64,000 nucleotides of DNA from an uncultured Chloroflexia bacterium. Its GTDB lineage: Bacteria > Chloroflexota > Chloroflexia > QHBQ01 > JAICKM01. Shown here one piece after another: positions 62,513-64,000 of this stretch; within the stretch, counting starts at the first letter, position 1; the number at the start of each line of letters is the position of its first letter. The notes beneath the pieces were generated by a model. It had not been told where the DNA came from and did no database searches. It was given only the letters and a program-made list of their open reading frames with translations. Position numbers and translations under genes: made by a program. The stretch spans positions 60,955 through 124,954 of the forward strand of contig CAWARZ010000005.1 in the NCBI GenBank assembly GCA_963784695.1. The letters run 5' to 3'.

Positions 62513-62856
62513 CCCTGTGTCCCTTACTGTCCCGCGTTCCATTGTCCCGTGTTCTGCCGGATCGCTACAATCCAGTCTAGCACCAGGGCGCTCCGGCGCC
62601 AAGGGACGAGAGGCCCGCGCTTGCTACCCCATCCGGCTCTCTCGCCCGGGACACCTCGCCACGCGCCGGGCCATCCCGGCCGGCCCGGTGGGGTAAGCCG
62701 GGGTCCGGTCCGTTTTGGCGTGAGTCTTGCTGAGCCGCGCCGTGGGCGCGCGGCCGGCCTGCCCCCGTCGCGGGCCGGGGCTGTGATCTTGCGGGTTTGG
62801 GGATCAGGCGAGACGCCGGATACGCTGCGCGCGATACGGCGGAAGGAGAACCAGCT

Positions 62857-63261
62857 ATGGCGATAGAGCATGCACCGGTCCTCGGCCCGAACATGCCGCG
62901 GGCGCTCGGGCCCTATTCGCAGGTCGTCCGGGCGGGCGACTTCCTGTTTGTCTCCGGTCAGGTCGGGCTGGATCCGGCAACGGGCAGCCCGGCCGGCGAG
63001 ACTTTCGAGCAACAAGCCTGGCAAGCCTTCGCGAATCTCGCAACTGTGCTTGCAGCGGCGGACAGCAGCCTGGCCCATGTTGTCAAGACGACCATCTTCT
63101 GCGCGGACGCGGCCAACTTCGGGACTCTCAACCAGATCTATGCGGAGTTCTTTCCCGCCAACCCTCCGGCCCGATCGGTCCCGGTCGTGCAACTGCCGCG
63201 GGGGCTGCAGATCTCGATCGAATGCATCGCCGTGCGGGGCGGTCCGGCGCCGGAGGCATAG
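62857..63261 (+). CDS. RidA/YjgF family deaminase
   Basis: GPYSQ, VSGQV, VVKTTIF, PARS and LPRG..IECIA. AAGGAG RBS. Confidence 0.92.
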   Translation: MAIEHAPVLGPNMPRALGPYSQVVRAGDFLFVSGQVGLDPATGSPAGETFEQQAWQAFANLATVLAAADSSLAHVVKTTIFCADAANFGTLNQIYAEFFPANPPARSVPVVQLPRGLQISIECIAVRGGPAPEA

Positions 63262-63374
63262 CGGGGACCCGTCCTGTTGGGGCGGACGGCCCCGCCGCGG
63301 CCGTGATCGCCGCGCGGCTCGATCTATCGGCGCCCGTGCCTCCGTCCCCACTGCTGTAGGAAGTGAGCGTTAGT

Positions 63375-64000
63375 ATGGCCAACCAACCGAATCATCCGCC
63401 CGCCGCACCCAATGCGTCCGCGGCGGGCGCGGGGCGCCCGCTGCGCGATCGCGTGGGCCTGTCGCTGCGGGGCATCGGCGCGCTTGACGCGCCCGCGCTG
63501 GTGGAGACGATCCGCCAGGCGGAGCAGACCGGCGTGCCGCAGGTCTGGATCACGCAGAACCCAACGTCGACCGACGCGCTCACGGCCTACGCCGCGGCGA
63601 TGCCGCAGACGCGCACCGTCCGGCTCGGCACCTCGATCGTGCCGATCTACGGCCGGCACCCGCTGCTGCTGGCCCAGCAGGCGGCCACGGTGGCGGGGCT
63701 GGGGCCCGGCCGCCTGCGGTTGGGCATCGGCACGAGCCACCGGCGGCCCGTGCAGAGCGTCTACGGCCTCAAGATGGAGGCGCCGCTGGAGCACCTGGCC
63801 GAGTACGTGGCGGTGCTGCGCGCGGCGCTCTGGGCGGGGCAGGTCGACCACGAGGGCGCCTTCTACACCGCGCACGTCAGCCTGCCGGTAGCGCCGCGCG
63901 TGCCGCTGCTGATCGCCGCGCTCGGGGAGCGCGCCTTTGCGCTGGCCGGCGAGATCGCCGACGGCGCCATCTCCTGGAACGCCCCGGCCCAGTACCTGAT
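63375..64000 (+). CDS. LLM-class (flavin/F420-dependent) oxidoreductase, runs off the window
   Basis: VRLGTSIVPIYGRHP, GRLRLGIGTSH and AGEIADG. Confidence 0.85.
   Translation, partial: MANQPNHPPAAPNASAAGAGRPLRDRVGLSLRGIGALDAPALVETIRQAEQTGVPQVWITQNPTSTDALTAYAAAMPQTRTVRLGTSIVPIYGRHPLLLAQQAATVAGLGPGRLRLGIGTSHRRPVQSVYGLKMEAPLEHLAEYVAVLRAALWAGQVDHEGAFYTAHVSLPVAPRVPLLIAALGERAFALAGEIADGAISWNAPAQYL

Overview
High-GC bacterial window, probably Chloroflexota (inferred from gene style, REP-like repeats and a Cheo-type LexA box). It carries many single-base frameshifts typical of an imperfect long-read consensus, so many gene calls below are stitched across reading frames. 1-20 kb is core-like: an ABC-2 exporter, a membrane-anchored chelatase-like protein, a phage-type annealing-like protein with an SOS box, a greatly enlarged 1607-aa SecA, HIT, a peptidase lipoprotein, amidohydrolase, 5'-nucleotidase and tRNA-Gln(CTG). 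20-29 kb is a translationally coupled tandem array of three class III cyclase-STAND NTPase-TPR genes plus a stub, with conserved N-termini and divergent TPR regions. About 32.5-59.1 kb is a defence island. It holds a type I BREX operon (brxA-brxB-brxC-pglX-[GmrSD]-[PglZ-N::Schlafen/AlbA_2]-pglZ-brxL-[DUF4365-like nuclease]-[SbcC/Rad50-like]) that converges on a Dna2-like nuclease-helicase plus SbcD/Mre11 pair. The most striking element is a gene made of a duplicated PglZ N-terminal domain fused to a Schlafen/AlbA_2 nuclease domain, a candidate decoy/guard module for BREX. The window ends with GH6, NDH-2-like, DUF2695, RidA and an LLM oxidoreductase.
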